From Microcystis aeruginosa NIES-2549 (lineage in GTDB: Bacteria; Cyanobacteriota; Cyanobacteriia; Cyanobacteriales; Microcystaceae): 32,000 nucleotides of DNA. Below the pieces are notes generated by a model, which was not told the origin of the DNA, made no database searches, and worked only from the letters and a program-made list of their open reading frames with translations. This document shows positions 1 to 7,942 of this stretch, one piece after another. The stretch spans positions 4,050,001-4,082,000 of the forward strand of contig NZ_CP011304.1 in assembly GCF_000981785.2 (NCBI RefSeq), given 5' to 3'. How positions within the stretch are numbered: position 1 is the stretch's first letter; each line of letters starts with the position of its first letter. The translations under genes were made by a program, and so were the position numbers.

Positions 1-369
1 TATATGGGCGCACCTTTTGGCTGGCAATGGATTATGGTTCGTAATGATACGGGCAAGGAAATGTTAGAGTTAGTTAAAGATCAATTAGACACCCAAGATG
101 TTATGTCTAGTGGTGATAGAAAACAGGCGGTACAAAATAGTATTCCTGCCTACGATAAAGGTGTAACCTTGCCGATGTGGGCGGCAAAAATGATGGGAGT
201 AGTAATTGAAAAAATCGGGCCTAAAGGTTTAGAATATGCTCGCTTTTCTATCGATTCTCACTTTACCCGTAATTACCTTTATGTTAAACGTAATTATCCT
301 GAAAAATTAGCGGCTCATGTTCCTGAATATGCTAAAAAGATTGTGGAACAGTATAAATTGCCCGATTAA
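1..369 (+). CDS. C-terminal fragment (5' end off-window) of a coenzyme F420 hydrogenase/dehydrogenase beta-subunit family protein. In cyanobacteria this family is usually 7-hydroxymethyl chlorophyll a reductase-like.
   Basis: The frame is open from base 1 to the stop at 367-369. The C-terminal sequence (GWQWIMVRNDTGKEMLELV ... YARFSIDSHFTRNYLYVKRNYPEKL) matches my recollection of the FrhB/FdhB C-terminal domain of HCAR-type proteins. Confidence 0.55.
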   Translation, partial: YMGAPFGWQWIMVRNDTGKEMLELVKDQLDTQDVMSSGDRKQAVQNSIPAYDKGVTLPMWAAKMMGVVIEKIGPKGLEYARFSIDSHFTRNYLYVKRNYPEKLAAHVPEYAKKIVEQYKLPD

Positions 370-390
370 TTAGGGTATGCTGAAAAAGTA

Positions 391-456
391 GGGGCGCAAC
401 ATTCGGATAGGAAATCTACGGTTTCAGCGATGGGTTATCCCCCGAATGTTCACCCC
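391..456. repeat. GC-rich stem-loop module just downstream of the HCAR-like gene
   Basis: The left arm ggggcgcaacattcgg (391-406) pairs with ccgaatgttcacccc (442-456) across a loop of about 35 nt. It is similar in style to the GC-rich hairpins at 2507-2573. Confidence 0.6.
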
Positions 457-471
457 TTCTTCGACAATCTC

Positions 472-520
472 TTATCAGTTATCAGTTATCAGCTATCAGT
501 TATCAGTGAGCAGTGAGCAG
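472..520. repeat. Tandem heptamer array (STRR-like): 5 x TTATCAG/CTATCAG then 2 x TGAGCAG
   Basis: Direct reading gives seven consecutive 7-nt units: 472-478, 479-485, 486-492, 493-499, 500-506, 507-513 and 514-520. Confidence 0.9.
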
Positions 521-573
521 TGATTAATTCAATCATAGTCGATGGTGGTGGGTTACTGGACTAGGTAATAGGT

Positions 574-601
574 GTAGGGGTAATTCATGAATTACCCCTA
601 C
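574..601. repeat. Perfect 28-bp palindrome gtaggggtaattcatgaattacccctac
   Basis: The sequence is self-complementary on reading. It is a variant of the palindrome at 16470-16497 and 18010-18037. Confidence 0.9.
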
Positions 602-864
602 AATAACGTTTGTCTGGATGTTGCTAAATTTTCTCTTGACAAAGGCGACTTGACATGATACTATATTCATAATGGAAAATCCCTGCGCCTACAGACCCTC
701 TTTTCCAACGGTCTTAACTATGATTGATGTGATTATGTGATTGACTATGATTCGTTCATTCAATCAATCTTCATCTCTAATCCACTAGGGTTAGGCATTT
801 ACTTTTCAGAAACTCTTAACTAGCTCCCTAGTCATAGTCCATCATTCAATCATTCCAATCATAG

Positions 865-2442
865 TTAAGACAGCATCCTCAGATAATTATGATAAACGGT
901 TTGGGTATGGGGATGATTTTCCCCTAATCTTTCCCTGACAATATTAATCGCTTCTAGAAGGAGAGGTTCCGCTTCTGTGTACCTGCCTTGGAAATAGTAC
1001 AAGTGTGCTAAATTGTTGAGGGAAAGTGCCACATGGGGATGATTGTCTCCTAAGTGGGTTCGAGTTGCGGTTAAACAATCTTGACAGTAAGGTTCAGCAG
1101 TAGCATACAATCCTTGTCCTTCATAATAACGAGCTAAACCCGTATAGGACCAAGCTAAATCCTCATCAGCGATATATTGGGGATATTCCCCGACAGATGC
1201 TTGTAGATGGAGAAGGAAAGGTTTAAATTCTTCAACGATTTCTATAGTGGGATTCTGTGGCATTTCTGCCGATTTTTTGGCCATAATCCCACAATAACGG
1301 CGTTTTGCTGGTTCTGCGTGGGGTGATGCTTCTAACTTATCCCGAAAATAGCGACGCAACAGGGGATGAATTTCATACCAACCATCACCCTTATCCTGAA
1401 CTAAACTCAGGTGAACTAAACTATCGGTTAACCATTCCTCCACTGTATCCCCATCCTCATCGGGAAATAAATCCAGAATCATCTCCTTGGGAAAGGGCGC
1501 AAGAGCGAATAAACTGAGATAAAGTGCCAAAATTTGCGCTTCTGGTTCGCTATGCAACTCCTCCCAACTGAGATTAAAGGCAGCTTTTAACCCTCTTTCC
1601 GCAGTCATTTCCCCATGAAACTTGGGATTTTTGTCTAAACTTGGCTCATCTAAGCCGTTTTCGGCTAATTTCTGCCGTATTTTGCTGATTTTCCAATCCT
1701 GTCGTCGTACCAGCAACCTTGCCACCAATTCTAACGCCAAGGGTAAATAACCTAAGTCCTGACATAATAATTTAGCTGCCTCGATTTGTGTGTCAATTCT
1801 GTTGTCTTTAAGGTAGGAACGCAATAAATCAAGTGCATCTTTTTCTTTTAAAACTTCTACCCGAAAAGTTGCAATTGTCGCTGATAAATATTCCTTGCGA
1901 GTGGTAATTAAAACCTGAAAGCGTTTCTCTTCTTGCGGTGGTAAATAATCCCTAATTTGCTGATAATCCCGCACATCATCAAAGATAATTAAGACATTTC
2001 CCGTTAACCAGTTTTGCCAACAATAACGAATTTTTACGTCTAATTCTCCCTCATCTGGTAAAGTTAATTTGAGATGTACCCGCGCAAAATCTAAAATAGA
2101 AGTACCGATAAAACCGCCGTCACTTTCTGCCACATTTAACCAACATATACCCCCCGGATAGGCTTTTTCCCGCCATTCTTGCCAGCCAAACTGTCTGGCT
2201 AGTTCGGTTTTACCTATGCCTCCCATTCCCGTTAAGGTAGATATAGCAAGCTTTTGGGATTGTTGTAATTGCTTTTTTAAGTCAATTAATTCCTGATCCC
2301 TACCAACAAATTTAGGGATATTACTATTAGATAAATTGTGAGGATTGGGTTGAGGAGGCTCTTGGTTAGGCGGATAATTATAAATATTTTGATTGTCAAT
2401 ATTGATATTGTCTTGAGCATAATTGACTATTTTTTGATCCAT
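865..2442 (-). CDS. STAND NTPase: NB-ARC domain with C-terminal TPR repeats (NLR-like)
   Basis: 525-aa ORF. P-loop GMGGIGKT (nt 2206-2229), Walker B LIIFDDV, VLITTR and GYLPLALE (GLPL-type) motifs. The C-terminal kinesin-light-chain-type TPRs read YYEGQGLYATAEPY and LYYFQGRYTEAEPL. The N-terminal 45 aa are short and N/Q/P-rich. Confidence 0.85.
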   Translation of the reverse strand: MDQKIVNYAQDNINIDNQNIYNYPPNQEPPQPNPHNLSNSNIPKFVGRDQELIDLKKQLQQSQKLAISTLTGMGGIGKTELARQFGWQEWREKAYPGGICWLNVAESDGGFIGTSILDFARVHLKLTLPDEGELDVKIRYCWQNWLTGNVLIIFDDVRDYQQIRDYLPPQEEKRFQVLITTRKEYLSATIATFRVEVLKEKDALDLLRSYLKDNRIDTQIEAAKLLCQDLGYLPLALELVARLLVRRQDWKISKIRQKLAENGLDEPSLDKNPKFHGEMTAERGLKAAFNLSWEELHSEPEAQILALYLSLFALAPFPKEMILDLFPDEDGDTVEEWLTDSLVHLSLVQDKGDGWYEIHPLLRRYFRDKLEASPHAEPAKRRYCGIMAKKSAEMPQNPTIEIVEEFKPFLLHLQASVGEYPQYIADEDLAWSYTGLARYYEGQGLYATAEPYCQDCLTATRTHLGDNHPHVALSLNNLAHLYYFQGRYTEAEPLLLEAINIVRERLGENHPHTQTVYHNYLRMLS

Positions 2443-2494
2443 ATTGTTAACATAATGCTGTGAAAAAAATGTTTAATTATACAATATTAACACA

Positions 2495-3013
2495 TCAAAA
2501 GGGGAAGGGCGAACGCAATTCGCCCCTACAATGGCATTTTTTTCGGTTCCGTCGGGGTGCATTGCACGCACCCAAGACATTACATGGTGATATTTTGTTC
2601 ATTAATATTAATGTCCCTTTGAGAAAAATTAACAATTTTTCAATGGTTTTGATATAGGTTTTTTGTCCAGAGGATTGAGATTGCAAACCCTTAGCAATAT
2701 TGTTAAGAATATCCTTTAAATTAGGTAAAGGTTGGGATTCTACAATGTCAACCAACTCGGTTATAATTTGGCTTAATTCGGGACTGGTTTTAGCAACAGA
2801 TTCCACCTCCAGAATTGCCTGTCCATAATCTAAAGGTTGTTCGGGTGCTTTTTCAATTGCGGTGACAGTATCCGGAGAAACTTGTTTCAGGGAAGTGAGA
2901 AATTTTTCTGTTTGTTGCCAAACTTTCTCTCCCACTTTTTCACCGGTTTTCTCTAACGCTTTAGTGGCAATAATCGAACCAACTGCGATCACTGATCCTG
3001 TAAGAGGGTCCAT
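2495..3013 (-). CDS. Hypothetical helical protein immediately upstream of, and co-oriented with, the NB-ARC gene
   Basis: The ORF is 2495..3079. ATG 3013 (MDPLTGSVIAVGSIIATKAL...) is preferred over the TTG at 3079. It has a hydrophobic, small-residue-rich N-terminal helix followed by an acidic helical region. The last ~27 codons lie inside a GC-rich repeat module. No family recognised. Confidence 0.5.
   Translation of the reverse strand: MDPLTGSVIAVGSIIATKALEKTGEKVGEKVWQQTEKFLTSLKQVSPDTVTAIEKAPEQPLDYGQAILEVESVAKTSPELSQIITELVDIVESQPLPNLKDILNNIAKGLQSQSSGQKTYIKTIEKLLIFLKGTLILMNKISPCNVLGACNAPRRNRKKCHCRGELRSPFPF
2507..2573. repeat. GC-rich double-hairpin repeat module
   Basis: The first hairpin is gggcgaa-cgcaa-ttcgccc (2507-2525) and the second is gggtgc-attgcac-gcaccc (about 2555-2573). 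The module lies in the 3' end of ORF 2495..3013 and 53 nt or more upstream of the NB-ARC start. Confidence 0.6.
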
Positions 3014-3120
3014 AGATAAAATCGGGGTGATGAGGGTTAACTTATTTATCTGGTTTTTGGGGGTATAAGTTGCCAACAATTAAACAACTCTTACCCCCAT
3101 CATAGAACTTGTAATTTCAT

Positions 3121-4926
3121 TTAGGCGGGTACTTCAATTTTACCCTGTCCGGCTAATCCAAAAGCGGCATGAACCACTTGTAGGGCCCTGACTCCATCTT
3201 CCTGATTCACCACACAACTGATTTTTATATCAGAAGTAGCAATCATCAAAATATTAATTTTCTCCTTTGCTAAAGCTTCAAAAAAGCGTGCTGCTACCCC
3301 CGGTTGTCCTTCCATTCCTGAACCAACAATGCTCACTTTGGCTACATCATTATTAACCACCACTTCCTGTAAACCCAAACTTTCCGATAGTTCTAAAAGG
3401 ATTTTTTGGGCTAAATTAGCATCAGCTTGGGGTAAAGTAAAAGCGATATCCCGTCGGGGAATACCATCGACAATGCGACAGCGTTGGGATTGAATAATCA
3501 TATCAACACTGACATTTTTTGCCGCTAAAACCGAGAAAATTCTCGCCGCCATCCCCGGGCGATCGGGGACGTTACGAATGGCCATTTGTGCCTGATTATT
3601 ATCTAGGGCCACTCCCCTGACTGGGACTAAATTTTTAGGGATTTCGCGATTAGCAACTTTAGCAGAATACTCCACTTGAAAAGCATCACAAAGGACTTTA
3701 ATTGCTTTTTCTCCGTCCGCTTCATCGATGACACAACTGACTTTTACTTCAGAAGTGGAGATCATTTCGATATTAATTGCCGCTGCGGCCAAAGTGCTAA
3801 ATATTTGGGCAGCAATTCCCGGCCGGCCGATCATACCAGCGCCGGTAATGGCGATTTTAGCGGCCCCGGATTCGATAATCACTTCCGCTTCCTCTGTATT
3901 AGTGGGATGGGAACGTAAAACCGGTGCGATCGCTTCGGCCACGGATTGGGCTTTTTTCAAGGCATTTCCCATCACCGTAAAGGCGATATCGTTGCTGTCC
4001 CCCTCGTGAATCGATTGAATAATTAAATCCACGTCCACCTGTTGATGAGCGATTTCCCCGAATAAACGGGCAGCGATACCGGGACGATCAGGAACCCGTA
4101 AAAGGGAGATTTTCGCCTGATTACCGTCAAATTCCACCGCATCCACTGCTTTTGTCAATTCCAATCCTTGCAGGGTGCGCGGTTTCGGTGCCGGGGATGT
4201 CACCCAAGTACCCGGATCCTCTGTCCAACTGGAGCGGACAACCAAGGGAACCCCGAAGTTTTTAGCGATTTCCACCGCTCGCGGGTGGAGAACTTTCGCC
4301 CCTAAACTGGCTAATTCGAGCATCTCATCGCAGGTGATTTGGTCTAAAAGACGCGCTTCGGGGACTAAACGGGGGTCAGTGGTGAGAATACCGGGTACAT
4401 CGGTGTAAATTTCGCAAAAATCGGCTTTTAAGGCGGCTGCTAGGGCCACGGCCGAGGTATCGGACCCACCGCGCCCTAGGGTGGTAATCTCTAGTTGATC
4501 ACTATCGCTGACACCTTGAAAACCGGCGACCACAACTACTTTACCCTCCGATAGATGACGGGAAAGGCGATCGGTTTTAATTTCTAAGATGCGGGCCCGA
4601 CTATGTTCGGATTCCGTGACAATTCCCACTTGAGCGCCGGTTAGGGAGATGGCCGGTTGTCCGATTTCCTCTAGGGCCATACTCATCAAGGCGATTGTTA
4701 CCTGTTCCCCCGTGGATAATAACATATCCATCTCCCGGCGCGAGGGTTCGGCGGCGATTTGTTTGGCTAAATTGACCAATCCATCGGTGGTTTTACCCAT
4801 GGCAGAAACGACCACCACCACGGTATTTCCTGCTATTACCGTATTTTTGACCCGTTGAGCGACCGATTGAATGCGTTCCACGGAACCTACCGATGTACCA
4901 CCGTATTTTTGGACAATTACAGCCAT
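3121..4926 (-). CDS. lysC: Aspartate kinase, cyanobacterial long form with duplicated ACT-domain pairs
   Basis: The start MAVIVQKYGGTSVGS is taken at ATG 4926 (the ORF track begins 17 codons earlier). An amino-acid kinase domain is followed by two ACT-ACT regulatory modules (IAFTVMG... and IAFTLPQ...). Confidence 0.93.
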   Translation of the reverse strand: MAVIVQKYGGTSVGSVERIQSVAQRVKNTVIAGNTVVVVVSAMGKTTDGLVNLAKQIAAEPSRREMDMLLSTGEQVTIALMSMALEEIGQPAISLTGAQVGIVTESEHSRARILEIKTDRLSRHLSEGKVVVVAGFQGVSDSDQLEITTLGRGGSDTSAVALAAALKADFCEIYTDVPGILTTDPRLVPEARLLDQITCDEMLELASLGAKVLHPRAVEIAKNFGVPLVVRSSWTEDPGTWVTSPAPKPRTLQGLELTKAVDAVEFDGNQAKISLLRVPDRPGIAARLFGEIAHQQVDVDLIIQSIHEGDSNDIAFTVMGNALKKAQSVAEAIAPVLRSHPTNTEEAEVIIESGAAKIAITGAGMIGRPGIAAQIFSTLAAAAINIEMISTSEVKVSCVIDEADGEKAIKVLCDAFQVEYSAKVANREIPKNLVPVRGVALDNNQAQMAIRNVPDRPGMAARIFSVLAAKNVSVDMIIQSQRCRIVDGIPRRDIAFTLPQADANLAQKILLELSESLGLQEVVVNNDVAKVSIVGSGMEGQPGVAARFFEALAKEKINILMIATSDIKISCVVNQEDGVRALQVVHAAFGLAGQGKIEVPA

Positions 4927-5132
4927 AGTTGTCAGCGCTAGAGACTTTCTATCTTTGTTCAATCTCCAACTTATCAAAATTCCTTAACGATAAGTGGTTT
5001 TGGTTAACATTCCTTATGTTTTATCAAATGCCGACTATCTGAATTAATCCTTAAGGAGGCAGTCCGAGCATTTGTACTAAAATGTCAATAGGCAGTTTAA
5101 ATACAGTACATTTATGCTATTAATAATATTTT

Positions 5133-5230
5133 GGCTCTCTTAGGTTTGGTGGGTATTATGTATTCTAAGATATAGTCCTGCTGGCGAGTGAATGGAACGA
5201 ACCACAAAGACACAGAGGACACAAAGATAG
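5133..5230. mobile_element. MITE-like repeat, family 1, partial copy
   Basis: It begins ggctctcttaggtttggtgg and contains ...ctgctggcgagtgaatggaacgaaccacaaagacacagaggacacaaag. This is the reverse complement of the right part of the copy at 7069-7212. A short re-duplication of its start (cttaggtgggtattatg) follows at about 5252-5270. Confidence 0.7.
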
Positions 5231-5303
5231 AACGCTACTTATTTCTGCGTTTCTTAGGTGGGTATTATGAAAGATATTTGAATGTTAGATACAGTAAAAA
5301 TCA

Positions 5304-6872
5304 TCAATTCTGATCCCCCCGCCTATCGGCACCCCCCTTATCAAGGGGGGCAGGGGGGATCAAATCTTTAAGGGCAGCAAATAAATAATTAGCTAAAGTC
5401 ACTCCATCTACTCCTAATTCTGTCCTTTCTTTGGCTGCTAAAATGCCAGCTTGAGCGTGTAAATAAGCCGCTAATGCAGTTGTTTCTGGGGGATTATCCG
5501 GCATTTGGGTTAAGAATCCGCCGATTAGTCCCGTTAAGACATCACCACTACCACCTCGCGCTAAAGCGGAGGTACTTTCGGGGATTATATACATTTTACC
5601 TTCCGGGGAGGCGATTATAGTTCTGGCTCCTTTTAATAAGACAATTGCACCACTTTGTTGAGATGCTTTTTGAGTGATATTAATCCTATCTTGAGAACCT
5701 GATAAGTTAGGAAATAAGCGTTTAAATTCTCCCCAATGAGGCGTTAAAATTGTCTTATTCTGGCGATATGATAATTTTTCTATACCGAATTGAGCCAAAA
5801 TATTTAAAGCATCGGCATCGAGTATAATCGGTTTATCACTGTCTAAAACCTGTTCGATAATAGCAGGATTTTCTGTAGTTAATCCAGGACCACAGGCGAG
5901 GACATGATAATTATTTAATTCGAGGGGAAGTTCGGCAATAGCTCCCGTGGCAGTTTCGGGACAATCGATAATTAATGCTTCTGGTAAATGACTAATTAAT
6001 AAAGATTTGAGGGCAGCAGGAACAGCAATAGAAAGCATTCCCACACCACTACCTCGCGCTCCTAATCCGGCAAGAATTGCCCCCCCTGCATAACGACGAG
6101 AACCACAGATAATTAATAAATGTCCCTGCTGATATTTATGGGTAAGGAGAGGACGGGGTAAGGGTAAATAAGGGCGAATTAGATCGGGATTAACCCTCAG
6201 AATTGGCGGTGAATCTTGTAAAATTGTTTCTAGGTCAAGGGGACTAATTCCGATATCAATTAACTCCACTTTACCCAGATAGGGTAGGGCCAAATCCTGG
6301 AAAAAAGCTCGCTTCCAGAGTCCCAAACAAAAGGTATGAGTGGCTTTAATTGCCGTGCCTAAAACCTCTCCGGTGTCGGTGTGAATTCCCGAAGCAATAT
6401 CGATACTAATTATCGGTTTTTGCCAACTATTAATTTTATCGACTAATTCGGCAATCTCTCCCGATAAAGTCCTTTCTAAACCAAAACCGAAAAGACCATC
6501 GATAATTAACTGACAATCCTCTAAAGATTCTAAAGTTTCCTGAAAAATTAAGCCTAAATGCTTGACATAATTCGCCTGTTGTGCTGTTAAATCCTTGAGT
6601 TTGGCGATCGGACAAAAAAGAGATACTTGATAACCGGCGAGATGTAATTCTCTAGCAATCACGAGAGCGTCGCCGCCATTGTGACCAGGTCCAACGATAA
6701 CGCCGATTTTGGGGAAATTAGCCAAAGAATAGGACTTTTTAAGCTGTTGTGCCGTTAACAGGGCTGCCTTTTCCATCAAAGCGGCCACAGGCATACCAGA
6801 GGCAAAAATCGCCCCTTCAATGCGACGCATCTGCTCACTATTAACCACGTTTGACCGATAATTGTAGCTCAT
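5304..6872 (-). CDS. nnr: Bifunctional NAD(P)H-hydrate repair enzyme (epimerase plus ADP-dependent dehydratase)
   Basis: 522 aa. The N-terminal YjeF_N-like domain has GPGHNGGDALV and the C-terminal carbohydrate-kinase-like domain has GGSGDVLTG. The terminal 17 aa are encoded by a repeat module. Confidence 0.88.
   Translation of the reverse strand: MSYNYRSNVVNSEQMRRIEGAIFASGMPVAALMEKAALLTAQQLKKSYSLANFPKIGVIVGPGHNGGDALVIARELHLAGYQVSLFCPIAKLKDLTAQQANYVKHLGLIFQETLESLEDCQLIIDGLFGFGLERTLSGEIAELVDKINSWQKPIISIDIASGIHTDTGEVLGTAIKATHTFCLGLWKRAFFQDLALPYLGKVELIDIGISPLDLETILQDSPPILRVNPDLIRPYLPLPRPLLTHKYQQGHLLIICGSRRYAGGAILAGLGARGSGVGMLSIAVPAALKSLLISHLPEALIIDCPETATGAIAELPLELNNYHVLACGPGLTTENPAIIEQVLDSDKPIILDADALNILAQFGIEKLSYRQNKTILTPHWGEFKRLFPNLSGSQDRINITQKASQQSGAIVLLKGARTIIASPEGKMYIIPESTSALARGGSGDVLTGLIGGFLTQMPDNPPETTALAAYLHAQAGILAAKERTELGVDGVTLANYLFAALKDLIPPAPLDKGGADRRGDQN
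5312..5361. repeat. 50-bp palindromic repeat module inside the nnr 3' end
   Basis: The sequence is gatccccccgcc...ggcaggggggatc. The 25-mer cttatcaaggggggcaggggggatc (5337-5361) is identical to 16498-16522 inside MITE family 2. Confidence 0.85.
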
Positions 6873-7068
6873 TCGGGGGATAAATTGCCTGTTAACAGGT
6901 GTGGATAACTTTTTTGCCGAAAAATTGCCAATTAGACCCTATTTTCACCAGCTAAAGGCTGGGTTGGGTGATAATAGCCAGATCATTCTGTCTAGTTTTA
7001 GCTTGACGGTGAGCGGCGGATATATTAATTAATTTTAGTAGTTGCTGACAACAACGACTAAGACCATT

Positions 7069-7212
7069 TGGCTCTCTTATTCTTTGTGTGATAAGTTTAA
7101 CTTATATAGTAGTGATTGATCTCTGTGTCCTTTGTGTCTCTGTGGTTCCTTCCACTCGCTCGCCAGATAGACTGTATCTTAGAATACATTTTATCCACCA
7201 AACCTAAGAGAG
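7069..7212. mobile_element. MITE-like repeat, family 1, apparently full-length (~144 bp)
   Basis: Terminal inverted repeats are ggctctctta (7069-7078) and taagagagc (7204-7212). The internal sequence is shared with 5133-5230, 11491-11590 and 16353-16600. No coding capacity. Confidence 0.75.
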
Positions 7213-7384
7213 CTGGGAGAGGGGAGTAAACTGATCACTGGTTACTGAAAAGACTCCCCAACAGCCATCTCACCCCGGGGAAAACCGCTATAGAATAGAT
7301 AAAAAAGAGAATTGCGAGGAAAAAACCCTGTCTTTTAACCCGATTGTCATTCCCCCTTCCCCAGAAAATCCCGCTCGCTATCTA

Positions 7385-7942
7385 GTGATCATGCTGCACG
7401 GTTGGGGTGCAGATGCCATGGATCTGGCCCCCCTAGCATCGATGCTGGATCTGGCTGATTGTCAATTTTTGTTTCCTAATGCTCCCTTTGATCATCCCCA
7501 AGTGCCGGGGGGACGCGCCTGGTATGCGTTAGAAACCTCCGATCATCAAGGTTTAGTCGCTAGTCGTCAACAGTTGCACGATTGGATTATTTCCCTAGAA
7601 GCAACTACCGGTATTCCCCTAGAGCGGACTTTTTTGACCGGTTTTTCCCAAGGGGGAGCGATGACCCTGGATGTGGGTTTATCCTTACCCTTGGCGGGAT
7701 TGGGTTCCCTGAGTGGTTATCTGCACAGTGAACCCCATCCCCAAGGTCCACAAAATGTCTTAATTGTTCATGGTAAGCAGGATCCCGTCGTTCCTATCGC
7801 TGCTGCTCGTCAAGCCAGGGATTTACTGCTTGGTTTGGGGGTTAACGTCGAATATCACGAGTTAAATATGGGTCACGAAATCCCCATTCCGGCGCTGACT
7901 ATATTACGCCAATTCCTCCGCAATCGTCTAGAAACCGCATGA
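7385..7942 (+). CDS. Alpha/beta-hydrolase, phospholipase/carboxylesterase family
   Basis: Motifs HGWGAD, nucleophile elbow GFSQGG and C-terminal HGxxD...H. The frame is open back to 7235, and the conserved first strand appears to be encoded upstream of the GTG at 7385 (see findings). Confidence 0.8.
   Translation: MIMLHGWGADAMDLAPLASMLDLADCQFLFPNAPFDHPQVPGGRAWYALETSDHQGLVASRQQLHDWIISLEATTGIPLERTFLTGFSQGGAMTLDVGLSLPLAGLGSLSGYLHSEPHPQGPQNVLIVHGKQDPVVPIAAARQARDLLLGLGVNVEYHELNMGHEIPIPALTILRQFLRNRLETA

Noticed and set aside
2460-2657. 65-aa + strand ORF between the NB-ARC gene and its upstream neighbour
   Set aside because: It runs through the GC-rich hairpin module and antisense to the 3' end of ORF 2495..3013. 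The translation is repeat-derived.
3676-4858. Plus-strand ORFs 3676..3918, 3728..4009, 4175..4408 and 4649..4858
   Set aside because: All lie antisense within the well-supported lysC CDS. They have low-complexity, Ser/Ala/Arg-rich translations typical of shadow ORFs.
4927-5132. Lysine riboswitch or other leader upstream of lysC
   Set aside because: I could not identify the L-box conserved core or a convincing multi-stem structure by eye. This would need an Rfam/Infernal scan.
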